A stretch of 63,836 bases of DNA from Phoronis australis (GCA_002633005.1 NMRA01000026.1:1-63836); one strand, 5' to 3'; positions 1 through 13,491 are shown, counted from the first letter of the stretch. Numbers and translations: made by a program. The notes: generated by a model not told the origin, from the sequence alone.

Positions 1-110
1 TTGTGGTGCACTACAGGCAGTTGGGGAGTTGAATATGTTGATTAGAAGCCTAGACCATTGTGGTGCACTACAGGCAGTTGGGGAGTTGAAAATGTTGATT
101 AGAAGCCTAC
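1..110. repeat. 57-bp tandem repeat (possibly truncated by window edge)
   Basis: ttgtggtgcactacaggcag... at 1 and 58. Confidence 0.85.
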
Positions 111-2237
111 CATGATCGTTAAAAACTACTGTAATAATTGTAATAATTTAATCAGTTGTAAAGGGCATGTTACAAACTGTAACATTACAATTTATAAATA
201 CGAATGATTGTTACGTTAGACTGAAAAAAATACTTAAAACTGGGAATGGCTGTTACAAAGTATAATTCCGAACTTAAATTGCACACAGGCACAGTTTAAA
301 GGCAAGTCAGAATAATACATATTGCACTGTCAGTAGCTATCAAACCCTCATCCTGTCATCAGTATCAACAGCTTCTAATCATCTACACTTCAGCCCTCAT
401 GTCAGCAAAATGTGTCTCCCCTATAATTATACTTATAAACCAGCTAATAAAAATTCAACTGATTAGAAGCTAAACACTTTCGAGCACTAATTGGCCCTTT
501 CAGTCTAATTCACAAAATATTAAACAAGATGTGAACATTCTTAGAAAACATTCTTTTTCATGACACCAATTACAATAAGTTGAATCATAAATTTGAAAAA
601 TTCCCGACATTCATACTTTAAATTGGAATGTTTCATTATCTCTTACTTCACAGAATTTATTTACTCCTGCGCACACTGTTTGTACAGTCCTACGGCAGTG
701 TCAAGCAAAGCAGTAACATTGCGACCNTGAAAGCTGCCGCCCACGGCCAGGCGTGCCGTACGTGTCACGCACTTACACCTTACGGGTGACGTGCGTTGAC
801 GTAGGTCCTCCCTGCGCTTGCCACACCCTACTCACGTTTTCAGAAAAACGTGGTGCCCGTGGCGTCCGCAGAAAACGTACGAACAATAAAAACGCACGGC
901 GGGTTGTGACCATAGCTTTAGGGAGACTTCAACAGTTTTGTAAAATGAGAGATACATACCGTTTGTCATTTAAGTGCATATTTCATAATTGCTCATGAGA
1001 GTTTTTGAGCGTTAAGTTCAAGCCAAAAGTATTCAGAAAAATCACCCAGAATTCCCTGTCGACAGAGCGGAAGCTGAATTCATTATCAGAGTGGTTTTAC
1101 CTCAGTCTTTAACGAAGAATGGAAGGGAATTCTGAATTATGAAAAATTCCAGTTACTAAGGAGGCTATAAGTCATCCCTAATAATTTTTGCCAATAATTT
1201 TTGAAGCTGAAAGAATTTAGCTGCCATCGCGACAGAACAGTATTGTATTCGATAACTTTTCTGTTGTTCTGTACCCCAGTCACTGGCCAGATGTGCAGCA
1301 CACTGTCCTTATGCCAGGACAGTATGGTAAGAAGTGTGCATCTTGGCTCACACAATGCTAGGACTACCTGAACATATTAAAGGCACTGAAGATGTACAGA
1401 CTTTAGCAGTTTCCACTTTTAATTTGACTGATTGCATACAACAGGCAACACTGTATTTGACCATAAAGTCTCAGCTTGCAGGTAAACACTTATTTGGCAT
1501 TGTGGGTATCATTGCACAGCATGACTCCCTGAAGAATGCTACACACTGCATGTGAGACCACTGGGTGAGACAAAAATATTAACTCTCACTGGTAAAATGT
1601 CTTGACTAGTTCGCCATCAGATCCCTTGCGTGTGCCTGTGCATAACAAGTGAATGTGTAACAGAGAGAATGTAGAGATTACTTATGGTCTAGTTCTAAAA
1701 TGTCTAAAGGTTGTCATGGCAACCAACTTTGGCACATCTCAACCCAATCACATGAACCAACAACACCTGCGCTGAGATACAGTATAGTGGCCAGGCTCTT
1801 TGCTACTTTGGTCAATCAGCTGTGAGATGGTACATATTCATGTAATTTGGACCCCAGGGCAGACATTGTGCTTTGAACACTCGACAACGACAAATCAAAT
1901 TGTAGTTAAAGTAGGCTAAACCCCAACCAATCTGGACAAAAAAAATGCTGAAATCACCCCCATAGAGGGCCTCTGTATCTTTCAAGATCTTCCAACAATA
2001 TAGTGAATGCACAAAATTGTTCAAAGTGTTTTCCAATGGAAGCTTTATGGCACAGCAGTTGAACATGGCGAGGCGTAATAGTTTGATGCTAAATATCTTT
2101 TATAAAAAATGACGGAACAAAATTTCACTCGTCCACCATACCACGTCCTAAATTAGTGCATGGTAGGTTCTGTAAGGCTGGTTACTTGCAAGTGCAGCGA
2201 AGTCACACAGAGGGGTGATCAAGACAACACCAAATCA

Positions 2238-2500
2238 TACGGGCGCACCCAGCCTATAATATAGGAGGCTCAATTTTTTCGGTATGCGGACCTTTTACTG
2301 AAAAAATTCAATGAGGACTAAAAAAGGGAGCACTAGGTTCAGGCCTACGTATTGTGCATCCGCGCCGAATCCCTGTGGACTTTGTGGACTTTTGTCTCAT
2401 TTGTTCCGACTTTTTGTTTCATTGAAGCTGACTTTTTTTGTCCAATTCGCCAAATTGGGGGGCTCGAGCCCCCCCCAGAGTCCCCCTGGGTGCGCCCATG
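2238..2500. mobile_element. MITE family A, copy 1 (CATG-type termini, 5-bp TSD AATCA)
   Basis: TIR gggcgcacccag/ctgggtgcgccc; AATCA at 2233-2237 and 2501-2505; homologous to 22285-22523. Confidence 0.8.
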
Positions 2501-3695
2501 AATCACGCAGACCATACAAGAACCTGCTAAGGAAAACCTAGAGTTACAAGAGTTAACAAGCTGAAATGTTGAATCAGGGGAGATAACCATGAATTTGCTA
2601 TTAAGCTCAAACACAAGGTGTTGTTTCCAAATTACAAATGGTTCGTTATGTTTGGAACACACACGCTTTCACATTTGCGTTTTTAATTGACTTCAAAATG
2701 AGGCATTGTGTCCTATACAACAATGCACAGCACTCATTTTTGCAGCGCCAGCAAGTGTGCGAGCAGTGAATTAACCAAGATTTGCAGGGGTCTGTCAAGC
2801 GAAAAGCAAATTTCTGACTTCTAAAAGTCTTTAAAGGCAACTTTTCATGAAAAACGCCCCAGGCCTGGTAATAGATCTGTCTTCAACATCAATTGAACTG
2901 CTGGATTTCTTAAAACACTTAACGTGGCTATAGACCCACATTTCATGACAAAAGATTTAATTTAGACCATTTACATGATTGTATCATTATGAAATTGGTC
3001 GCAAAAATTTCTAATCAAAAGAGGAAAGGTTTGTGGGCTTGTTATTGGTTGAGATCAGGCTCTACTAGTGGCCAATAGGGGTCTATAGGAGTAACGAACT
3101 TGCAGTGCTTTGCTAGACTACAAGTGGCCAATAACAGTCTCGAGGAATAATGAACTTGCAGTTCTTTGCAAGACTACAAATCACTTCTCACCTCAACAAG
3201 AAAAAATCTAAAACCATTTTCAGGGGAAAGTGGTCTTAATCATAATTTAGTTTCTTTGACAGAACATGGGTTTATTGCCACTTTAAAAGTGCTGGGCCTG
3301 TTTCACTGTAGCGCATACTTCAAGGGTCTAGTTCCCTCCACCAGGCTAAACATGAAATCAACAAACACGTGACTGTTTCACCTATCAAACCTGACTACAC
3401 ACTTTTACTAAAAAGTAAGCCTCTCAAACTTAACTTCACAATTTCCTTGCTGTGGAAGCATTGTCTTCAACGTTCATATGCTAAGCTGTAGTCCAATTTT
3501 TGAAAGGGTTGGCCAGACCCGAGATATTCTGAACTATTTTTAATTTTTAACAGTTTCTGTTTGAGTAAAAATTGTGTTGATTTTGTTTCTTGGGCAGGTA
3601 AATCTCCGGCAGTGTAGTATTCTAAACTGAATAAGTTCGGAAATCTTTTGAGACAATTTCAGTTATCAGAAGGTGAAAGTCTTCAAACTCGCTGA

Positions 3696-3935
3696 CAAGA
3701 AGGCTGACCACTAGTCAAGAAGGGTGACCAGTGGTCAAGAAGGGTGACCACTGGTCGAGAAGGGTGACCACTGGTCAAGAAGGGTGGCCAGTGGTCAACA
3801 AACATGACCACTGGCCAAGAAGGGAGACCACTGGTCAAGAAGGCTGACCACTAGTCAAGGGGGACTACTAGTCAAGAAGGGTGGCCACTGGTCCCAATGG
3901 ATGACCGCTGGTCAAGAAGGTTAACCACTGGCCAC
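3696..3935. repeat. 20-bp minisatellite (~12 copies)
   Basis: Unit caagaagggtgaccactggt. Confidence 0.9.
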
Positions 3936-4080
3936 TAGAAATCCATCTGTCTACTTAACTAGATAATTGATGAATTCACAAACTTTTGCAAAAACAATTT
4001 GTTAGTGAAACAAGCCCAACATGAACAAGAAAGACAAACAGCAGGAGAGCATCCTGGCAACCATGGCAACCCCCCATGGG

Positions 4081-4788
4081 TCAGCTATTTAGGTGTAAAA
4101 TCTTTGGCCACAGCAGCGTCAATATGTCATTGGCAAACAGAGACTGATGCACGTAGTCGTCTCCCTTCAACGTGACACACCTGTCCAACAACTTCACTAG
4201 CCTCACCTTCACCTCATCCGGAACATTCTTCAGCAAATATTGCTTAATAATTGAACAGAGGTGTGCAAACACCGACCTCTCCAACACGCTGGTACAAGTA
4301 CTCGTTGTCTTGTTACATACTGTTGGACAGTATCGGCCATATTGGCAATCCTCATTGGAGTAGCACCGTTTCTCGCTCTGTATGACGCTGAGTTCGTGCT
4401 GCGGAACGACAAACGAATAATCCGTGATCTGGACCTCGTGGGTAGTCGAGTAGCCGACATTTGTTTCGTCCCAGTTGCAAACAGCGAACATGGCACCATA
4501 CCGTTCCTCTAAAAGATTGTAAACTAGCTCCACCGTACTGTACACAATTTTGGCTCGTTTCTCCCATGCGGGGAACATCCAGGAGTAGGAACTGGGAAAT
4601 AGGGATCTAACCACGCCCCCGCCACGGTCATTGTACAGGTATTGGGTGTGGGGGTGATTCAGGGCATACAGGTTGCCACAGAAACCTTTGATTGGCGGAA
4701 TGTTGAACTCATTGCTGAAGATGGCAAGAATGAAGAACTCATTGTTCTGCAGCAGTGACCACAGTGTCTTGGCCTCGGCCAATGAGAG
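4081..4788 (-). CDS. DIPK1: DIPK1/FAM69 last coding exon (kinase-like C-lobe)
   Basis: ccacag|CTC TCA TTG GCC; LSLAEAKTLW...LLWPKILHLNS*. Confidence 0.92.
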   Translation of the reverse strand, partial: LSLAEAKTLWSLLQNNEFFILAIFSNEFNIPPIKGFCGNLYALNHPHTQYLYNDRGGGVVRSLFPSSYSWMFPAWEKRAKIVYSTVELVYNLLEERYGAMFAVCNWDETNVGYSTTHEVQITDYSFVVPQHELSVIQSEKRCYSNEDCQYGRYCPTVCNKTTSTCTSVLERSVFAHLCSIIKQYLLKNVPDEVKVRLVKLLDRCVTLKGDDYVHQSLFANDILTLLWPKILHLNS

Positions 4789-7700
4789 CTGTGGAAAGAA
4801 TAATACATAATTAGATTATGGGATGGGGTGGGTCAAAATATTGCAGCTATCATTATTAGTATATTAATTTGGCTCAACCTGTAACAGCGAGTCCAGGCGT
4901 GCGTTCAGTAGACGCAAGGACCTACGCTAAGACCTAGCTAAAACGTAGTCAAAGTCACATGTTCTCATTTAAAATGCACGGCAATATCTCACGTAATCTC
5001 GCGAAGTCTTGCTTTTTAGCGAGGTCCTAGCGTTACTGAACGGGAGGCTTCAGGGCAAAGCTTTGGAACGATCTGGGTAACAAAAAAGCAAAATAAAATC
5101 TTCCACAAAGTCAATGTCATTAAAATTACAATCTTTCTTGAGTAAACTAATTAGGTTTTCAGTGCGAAAAGAAAGCTGTTAATACATTGTTCTCCTGGCA
5201 AGTTTGTGAAGCAATCACATGTGTCAACTTTGAGTACCATGGAACTGAGTGCCATCTGTTGGCCAATTCTATGTTTTCGCTGATTCTTCAATCCACTACA
5301 GACACTCCTCATTTCTCAAGATTGTGCAGAACTCAACAAATAAATAACTATGTTGCTTGAATAACTTATAACCAGCGAAGCGAAATTCTTAGTATGACCT
5401 TAAGGACATTTTCCTATTTCGGACCGACTGAGGTGTGCCTACAACAAAATGTAGGCCTCAGGGAACACCGTTTGAGGAATTTTATTGATTATTTTGCACT
5501 TTTCAAAGCCTTCGACACCTGCTTCTTTTACTTCCCAGATGTCTCAGCAGGCGTAAACATTAAACACAGGTGTGAAATGGACCCCCCAGGTGCTTCTCAA
5601 GAACACCTGTAGTTACACTCAAGGACATCATGTCCTTGCCCATTTCATGAAATAACTTTTTAACTGTCCATTCTCAACTCGTGAAAGAACAAGAGTTTAA
5701 TATTCTAAATGAACCGTTTTTTATAAAAATGATCAATTTCAGGCTTCAGAAGAAGAACCACATTATACTGATATATATGGACATTCTGTCAAGAATTGGA
5801 GAAGGAACTTCTTGCGTTTTGTTTCAGGATCACGTAGCGCAACCAATGCAGAAATTTGTGCACACGATGCAACAAAGGGCATAGATGCGATGATAAATGT
5901 TTAGCTGCACAGCAAAATGATGGCAATTAGGACGCAGAAAAAATATGACACTTTCTAGTCAAAAAAAGGAATCAGAGGAAATTCACTTTTCAAAGAGGAA
6001 ATTCCCTTTTCAAAGAGGAAATAATTTTTTCTGGTGGTGTAGTGGTTAAGTAACTGAACCAGTCAAAGCACTTTATTTACTACCAGCAGCGAATAGTGAA
6101 ATATTAGATTTTACCTAAGGAGAGCATTTTGATACAAGGCTGCCAACCCATGACCACATGATCTGAAACTTCGATGTTTTTCGGCTTTTGCTGTCGGCGT
6201 GGTTGATTTCTTCCCATACTGCCGTGTCTTGTAATTAAATGCGGATTCTTAGTATTAAAGTGTGCGCAATGAAGCGTGGTTCCTTTCCCCTTTTTTAAAT
6301 ATAATCTAATTCCTAGGTATGTACGTATCCGAAATGAAGCGTGGTTCTTTTCCCCTTTTTTAAATGTAATCTAATTCCTAGGTATGTACGTATTCGAAAT
6401 TTCGCTCTCACATCTCTGCACTATTTCCAATGCAAAAACCAAGCAAAGCTTTTTTCATTGGTTGGTCCTAGACAAAGTAAATGCACTGGCCAATCACAAA
6501 AGGAAATTTTGCATGCAAATTGCACAATGTACTGGCACTCAAGTGTCGTCTTATTGGTCAAATCTTATTTTCTCGACTACTTCCGTCACTTTCCAGGCGT
6601 ACTTTTTGCCTCAATCTTAGCCAATCTGGTGCTTCGAAACATTGACTATTTTAAAGATATCTTCTAACTTTCATCCGATTTGTTTGAAGAAAAATAAATG
6701 CTCAAAATCTGTAATATTTGAAAATCCATACACCTGACTTTTAGGCCCTAAAAGTACGTATAATACAGACAAATCCATAACAAATGGCCGGCCTGTTGAT
6801 AGCATGTGCGTTATAAATACCAGAAATACTCCCATAAGTATGGTAAATGGGACTTATTCAGATTGACTTAAGATGACAAAACTCCCAACAAAAGAGTGCA
6901 TTGCCAGTTTATATTCTACACAAGGTTTACATGCGCGCAAACAGCCTAAAAACGTGAGGCTCGAACTTTTGAGAATACCTTTTACTCACGTTCACGGGGT
7001 ACTTTCAGAGCTATGAATTGCGCATTCGCCGAATTTTGGTAGTTTCTGCATTTTTAGTTTCTGTTTTTCTGAGGCAGAGCTTTTTGCCCACTTTGCCAAA
7101 TGGGGAGGGCTCATTTGAGCCCCCCGAGCCCCCTGGTTTACTTTTTGTTTTGAGGCTCTGCTAGATGTTTCCTTTAGAACCAGTGTTTTGTTCCTTACTC
7201 GTTTTCCAAAATCTGGTTGGCATGCAAATTTGGATTCTATCTTAACAACAAAGCACTGTTTGCACCTAAGTACATTTAAATTACAGTTTTTGAAGAATGC
7301 CAACAAAGGACAATGTTAGTTACAAAATTAGCCCCTACAATAAATACACGAAATATATACAAGTGCAGCTTAATTTATTGAAATTACTACAAGACCAATC
7401 ACAACTCACCGTGCCATCTTTGTTATGGTCAACCATTTTGACAGCTCTCATAATCAAATGATCATGTACACCCGGGCCGAGCTTCATCTCAAAGAACTGC
7501 GCCAGATCGCCATAGAATCCTTGAAGGGAGGCTGCTTCCACCGGTTTGAAGAACAGTGACTCGTTCTCGAGGATGCTATCTTTCAAAAACGATCGTAGCT
7601 GATGTTTAGAGACTTTCAGTAAATGACGCCACGTGTAGAAAACCTGGGAAGGCAAGACAAACAGTCGCTCAGTTCTTCTACAAAAATGTCAAGCAGAATT

Positions 7701-9143
7701 TTTACTTCTTGTTAATCAATTTCTCTTTCACAATTTACTGCAGGTCATATTGAGCACATTAGTGTTACTTAACAGGAATACTATATTAAGTAAAAATTAT
7801 CCTATTTGGGAAAAAACATTTCTGAAATCGTCACATTTCTACATTTCAAATGCTTCAGTGATGCTGAATTTATAATTTGACAAAATAAAATTCACACGGT
7901 GTACCAAATTCAAAGGTCACAGTTCACATTTCCTTTCCGTACCGCATGCCTGCATGGATACCTACCTGCACACTCCCTTCACTTTCCAAACACTTGGACA
8001 ACTGGATGTGTTCACTACACAACTGGTCACACAAATCTCCCACTATCTCACCGCTGAGATACTTGGCACACTAAAATGAATGAGAGACCCTCCATTGAGC
8101 TTGCCAGAGTTATGGTGCGCAAGGTTGGCAAAATGTTACAAAAATTTGTACCAACTCTTTAAAGTAATCTAGCACCCGTATAAGAACAGTAAATGAAACC
8201 GATGGCCTAACTTTGTACTACCAAGTTCTACTGGGCCACACTGTTAGACCGCTAAGTCAGGTTTCTAGCTCTTCAGCTCCATTTTAACTATCAGGGCTTG
8301 GAATGACCAATGACAAAAAACGCGGAAACTTTCGGCCCAAATCATGCCCGATAACCAGCCTTGAAATGGTCGATGTGAACCTTTCCCCGACAAAAATGGG
8401 GAGGACTAAAAAAAAAAACAAAAAAAAACGTTACCACCACCATCAGTAGCATGCGTCTGCGTCCTTTTAGCTCGCCCGTCCACTCCCAACCCACACTTTT
8501 GGCTGCAGAGCAGTAGTATTTGTCGCCGCGCTTAACAATAACATGACCAGACGCCATTGAAAATCCCACCACGCTGTCCCAGAAGCCCCGGCAATGTTGA
8601 CAATTTACGTTCCTCCGAAACATAAAGAGCAACTTCCGCTTTTCGAGGTGAACGTCGTCTGCAACGCCGTGGTAAGAAAGGAATTTGCCGCGGAAATTTT
8701 ATATCAAATCGCGGAAATATTACTAAAAAAAGCGGAAAGCACATTTGAAAAAGCGGAAATCCGCGTTTCCGCGGAAAATTCCAAGCCCTGACTTATAAAG
8801 CATAAAAATGGTTCCAGGTGATCAGTGCAATAGGCCCAACTACGCGGCCTGCGCACGTCTGGTACAACATGTGCCTGCAGTTATTTATTTTTTATATACT
8901 TTTATACTTGACTATGAGGTCAGGGTGACTTACACTTACGTACAGCGATCAAAGCATCGAGGCAAAAATTCATTTAGTAAATTTATAGCAAATGCTTACA
9001 AGGAATTGTTGATAGTGGAGACCCCTACAGGTCTCGTCATCCTCATGGTAAGAGACGATAAGGTAAATGACTTGCCAGAACGCAGCTAGGCAGACGATGA
9101 GAAGCAATGTCGTGCTTGGTCGACCTCGGAAGAACGTAAACAT
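4081..9143 (-). CDS. DIPK1: FAM69/DIPK1-family divergent kinase-like protein; CDS join(9000..9143,7966..8070,7410..7643,4081..4788), ~396 aa
   Basis: Four GT-AG phase-0 exons splice into one ORF. It has an N-terminal TM anchor, Cys-rich CAKYLSGEIVGDLCDQLC, EF-hand DHNKDGTLSLAEAKTLWSLLQNNEF, GFCGNLY, FPAWEKRAKI and a C-terminal Cys cluster, matching FAM69 family motifs. Further upstream exon(s) are likely because the ATG directly follows an acceptor AG. Confidence 0.9.
4896..5048. mobile_element. MITE family B, copy 1 (Harbinger-like)
   Basis: TIR cgttcagta..aggacct / aggtcct..tactgaacg; homologous to 26927-27066. Confidence 0.7.
6268..6400. repeat. 65-bp tandem duplication
   Basis: aatgaagcgtggttc...gtatgtacgtat at 6268 and 6333. 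Confidence 0.85.
6930..7140. mobile_element. MITE family A-related subfamily copy (right end decayed)
   Basis: catgcgcgca...cagagctatgaattgcgcattcgccgaa...ctgaggcaga shared with 36822-37081. Confidence 0.65.
7410..7643 (-). CDS. DIPK1: DIPK1/FAM69 coding exon 3
   Basis: tcccag|GTT...ACG|gtgagt; VFYTWRHLLKV...KMVDHNKDGT (start of EF-hand). Confidence 0.88.
7966..8070 (-). CDS. DIPK1: DIPK1/FAM69 coding exon 2
   Basis: ttttag|TGT...CAG|gtaggt; CAKYLSGEIVGDLCDQLCSEHIQLSKCLESEGSVQ; absent from the ORF track. Confidence 0.88.
8292..8790. mobile_element. hAT-like MITE in a DIPK1 intron
   Basis: Perfect 13-bp TIR CAGGGCTTGGAAT/ATTCCAAGCCCTG; subterminal gcggaaa repeats; TSD unclear. Confidence 0.75.
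9000..9143 (-). CDS. DIPK1: DIPK1/FAM69 coding exon 1 (TM anchor)
   Basis: tttcag|ATG...TTCCTT|gtaagc; MFTFFRGRPSTTLLLIVCLAAFWQVIYLIVSYHEDDETCRGLHYQQFL. Confidence 0.8.
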
Positions 9144-10256
9144 CTGAAATTCAAGAAACATGCCAGATCACTGATAGAACAAGCACACTCGCTTGTGGAG
9201 TCAGAGATTGAACCGTATTCAACATCTTCAAGTACACACATGTTGCCATTCAATTGCTAATGAGTTTCAGTCAGGTGTTTAACACAATGGATCCAACTTG
9301 TGCAGCACGGGATGACCTGCAATACATGCTTTAATTCAATTCCTATTGATAACTACTGTTGGTATCAATTACAGTAATTACTTAATCATGGTAATCATTA
9401 TTACATCTACAATGTTTCTTTTCACAGTTACATCTTAAGTCATTCTACCATTTTTTCTTTCCATTCTATCATAGAATTTTCTCGCCCTACATATTAATTA
9501 CCAGTCATTATGCTACATTATCAGCCTGACATGGTCAATACAACCATTAAAAAAGCATTTAATTATTCAATCCGCTTTGCAAGAGCTTTGAGTCGTCCAC
9601 TTTACTGATGCGCCACTCAGCAGCTGCCGTCATCGAATGTGAAAACAGAATACTTAAATGAGCATGCGCAATAATCGCATGTCCAGCAAATAGCATTGTA
9701 CTGACATTTATATGCTACGAAAAAATAAGACGCACAATTTCAATAAAAGTGACTTTTCCAATTCAGCAAAATTTGAAATTTTCTCTTACTTGTAAATCAT
9801 CAATCTCCAGTTTGAATGTGGGTTGAACGTGTCATCGGGATCCTTTGACTTGGACATTATACTTAGTAACCAGTAGTAACCTAATTAGCAGACGATATTT
9901 TCACGGTGGAAGCTTAGCTCGATAAGATGTGCAGCAAGCTAGACTAGTCGCTTAAAACTTATTTTATAGATTCACTTTATTTCCGTTTTGTTTAAATTTT
10001 CAATTGGCTTGAGTAAAAACATTGGTATTACAAGAATAACTAGGCGTTTCTTAAAAGGTCACGACCTCTGACCCCAAGCCTCTGACATAGAATGTAGTTA
10101 CAAAGCTGAGGCAAGTCGCCCCTCGGGCGATAACTCCCCAAAATCCACCCGGCCTCCAGATTACGGGGGCTAATGAATTCGCTTTGTAAGAATCTATTTA
10201 TTGCTGTACAATAACTTGTCAGAATCAGCCATGACGAGCCCTTGTTTGTACTGCGT

Positions 10257-10713
10257 GTACTAGGACACACCAAAACACATATACTACTAGGACACACTAC
10301 AAAACATACAGTACTGGGACACACTACAACACACCCAGTACTAGGGCACACCACGACACACACACTACTGGGACACAACACAACACACACAGTACTAGGA
10401 CACACTACAACACATACAATACTAGGACACACAACAACACATACAATACTGGGACACACCACAACACATAGAGTACTAGGACACAACATAACACATACAG
10501 TACTAAGACACACTACAATACATGCAGTACTGGGACACACCAAAACACATACAGTACTAGGACACACCATAACACATACAGTACTGGGACACACCACAAC
10601 ACACACAGTACTAGGACACACCATAACACATACAGTACTAAGACACACTACAATACATGCAGTACTGGGACACACCACAACACACACAGTACTAGGACAC
10701 ACCACAACACATA
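10257..10713. repeat. 27-bp minisatellite (~17 copies)
   Basis: Unit gtactaggacacaccacaacacacaca. Confidence 0.93.
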
Positions 10714-10939
10714 TAATACAGGGCAAAAGTGATCGGACAAAATACCATTTATTCGTCATGATTGCCAATTCTGTTAACAGTAAAAATGAGTTCAAATAAC
10801 CATTTTTGAGACAAAAGTATTATTGCAGAATGGCCTAAACATCTTCTCTTTATTCGTGATCATGAGGGAAAACCGTTCTGAAGATGAATTTGGCTTCTGC
10901 TCGAGTTTGTAATAACAGGGAATTGCTAGTCATTTTGTC

Positions 10940-11187
10940 AGAATACTTTTGATGTGTACTGTACATAACTAATTAATTCATAATAGTGCAATCCCCCATG
11001 TCTGAGAATAACAACAAGTACTGCCTAACTTCCAAATGAAAGCATCACTTCAAAGTAATAGAATACTTTTGATGTGTACTATACATAACTAATTAGTTCA
11101 TAATACTGCAGTCCCCCATGTCTGAGAATAACAACAAGCACTGCCTAACTTCCAAATGAAAACATCACTTCAAAGTAATAGAATACA
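10940..11187. repeat. 120-bp tandem duplication
   Basis: agaatacttttgatgtg... at 10940 and 11060. Confidence 0.9.
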
Positions 11188-11721
11188 AATAAAAGGTGAC
11201 GAGACAAAATGATTGGAAATTAACATCATGATGACCGGGTGCAAGAACACAGCTTGTGTATCCCCATAGAAGAGTAACTAGGATAGTGGTTTACAATTTT
11301 TAGAGGATAAGAGTCACACAAAATAAGCCTTTTGAAATTGACTGGTGTTGATTACCACAGATTACACTCACATAGGAGCTCCTTGAAAGTACTTCTTTGT
11401 GAACCTTACTCTTGGTTATACAACTGTCCCAGTTTGGCTGTGTAAATAAACAAAGTTTAGCAAATGGCTTATAGTCCCTGATGAGAAGATAAATTGTTTT
11501 ATTACCTCCAGTGAGTTTTGAATACCTTAGCCCAGAATGTGTTCTCAGCAAGCAGGTACGAACAAGCCAGCTGTGATAGAAATGACAGAAACTCAATATT
11601 TTGAGACAAGTTTGTTTGAGTTAAGTTGCACTTTCATCAGAGACAGGTGTGAAGGAGCAACTATGATAGAACAGCTGTACTGTGTAAACACGACTGACTA
11701 GGAGCAAGTTGACACCACAGC

Positions 11722-12040
11722 AGCCATTTTTGACACCAGTTTGAGAGGTAGAGAGAGTTGCACTCCGTTGCTCCAGTTTCAACTACAGGTCTGCACATGA
11801 CTGGGGGAGGGTGGAAAGAGATCGTCTTTCATTGCGCTTGAGCAATATCGTATCTATGGGTGATCCGCTGGCATTCTACATGGTTTGAACGTTTGCTTAT
11901 GTTGGTGTAAACATGCGCAGTCTTTGTGTAAGTTAGTGCTGATTCAGTTTGCATCGAATGTCGTGTAAATGCGACTAAAGTGAAGCAAGTTGCTCCGTAA
12001 CAACTGACACAGTGACAACGTCTCTCGTGTAAAAATGGCT
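11722..12040. mobile_element. Degenerate MITE
   Basis: Imperfect TIR agccatttttgacac / gtgtaaaaatggct. Confidence 0.45.
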
Positions 12041-13125
12041 TCAGGTTAAGTTTTGAAGAAACACAACTGACTAGAATATTACTGCCAGAATTAAGCTAAT
12101 TTTCCAGAGTTATGATGGAACACCTGTTCACTTCCAAGGCAACTCAATTCTGTTGAATACACAGTACATCCTACTTACCAGACAGTTGTTTTCAAATGAA
12201 TGGAGTGCTAATCCAGAAGAACAACAGTAGCAGATAACTCCAATATTCACACTCTCACTACGTCTCCCCCTAATTACTACAAACCTTCATCATCAACACT
12301 CTATCATTAACCCTGACAAGAACCAGAAAGTAATCATTTATCAAGTGGCCATTAAAGCTCAATAAAACAGCAATTAGTCGGCCATTGAGCTTGATATCAA
12401 GACCATTTGAATGTCTCACAAGAGAAGGGCGATCTTTGACGCAATTATTCATGAAGTGGGGGGAAGTGGTAAACATAAATTACAATAAAATCCCTCCAAT
12501 ATAAGACACAATATGCCGGAGAGGTGATTTTTTCTTATGTTTTCATAAAACATTGTAGCATCAACTGCTTACCCATGCTCAAAACCTTTGCTAGAGCATT
12601 GATTAGGATCAGAAAATATTTTTTTAAAATTTGTGGGCATTCACGACATATTCAGAGAATTTCCCGGGACCATGTGATTTTGGATGAATATCTTGACGGG
12701 AGTTAGTTAGCGTTTGTTACATCACGCACTTTCCAACTGGTCTGCTACTGCTTAATAAACAAAACATTACGTTCAAAGGGAGTCCCCAGAAGAAAATGGT
12801 AAAAAGGGTAATGTTGGGGTGTAAATAGCCCGCTGTCACGCCCATATTTGCAAATTTTGCCCGCCAAATTCGACGTCTGCCACCCACTAGGCAGGCACAC
12901 ACACGGCTCGCAAATACTCTGCTTCACCCCATTTCGGACACTCTCGTCATTGTTGCTGTTTCTGTCTACTCAGTTAAACGTGTCTAAAAATAAGAATAGA
13001 TGTGGCAATTGGTTGCCGGGTCCCTATTGTAGTTCACCGTAGCGACATCTTGTGTTCAGTACGATGAAGCTTTAAATTTAGGACGGTGGAATGTTAGCCC
13101 GGTCTAGTGAGAAAGGTGACAATTT

Positions 13126-13491
13126 CATGGGTGAGAAACAATATGACCGCCGGTCCTCTTAAATCGGATCGCCTCACCCAAAACAAGACCTCCGGGGATC
13201 AAAATGGGACCATCGCACCAGAAAATGGGACTGACGCACCTAAAAACATGACCGCCACACCAGAAAACAGGGCCGCTGGGGACTGAACATGACTACCGGG
13301 GATTGAAACTGCATATTGTCCGGCGGTCATGTTCAGTCCCCGGCGGTCCTGTTTTCTGGTGGGGCGGTCATGTTTTTAGGTGCGTCAGTCCCATTTTCTG
13401 GTCTGACGGTCCTATTTGATCCCCGGAGGTCCTGTTTTGGGTGAGTCAGTCCGATTTAAAGGACCGGCGGTCATGTTGTTTCTCACCCGTG
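13126..13491. mobile_element. Foldback non-autonomous DNA transposon (CAY...GTG termini, 5-bp TSD AATTT; Transib-like)
   Basis: ~175-bp inverted arms around a ~20-bp spacer; AATTT at 13121-13125 and 13492-13496. Confidence 0.8.

Noticed and set aside
728-920. CpG-rich segment as promoter or CDS (81-aa ORF)
   Set aside because: Begins at an N and ends in a TIR-like gtgaccatagcttta; more likely a truncated MITE, but the other end is not visible.
10040-10799. 251-aa (VVVCPSTVC)n and 185-aa (TVLGHTTTH)n ORFs
   Set aside because: By-products of a stop-free 27-bp minisatellite that is open on both strands; no splice or domain support.
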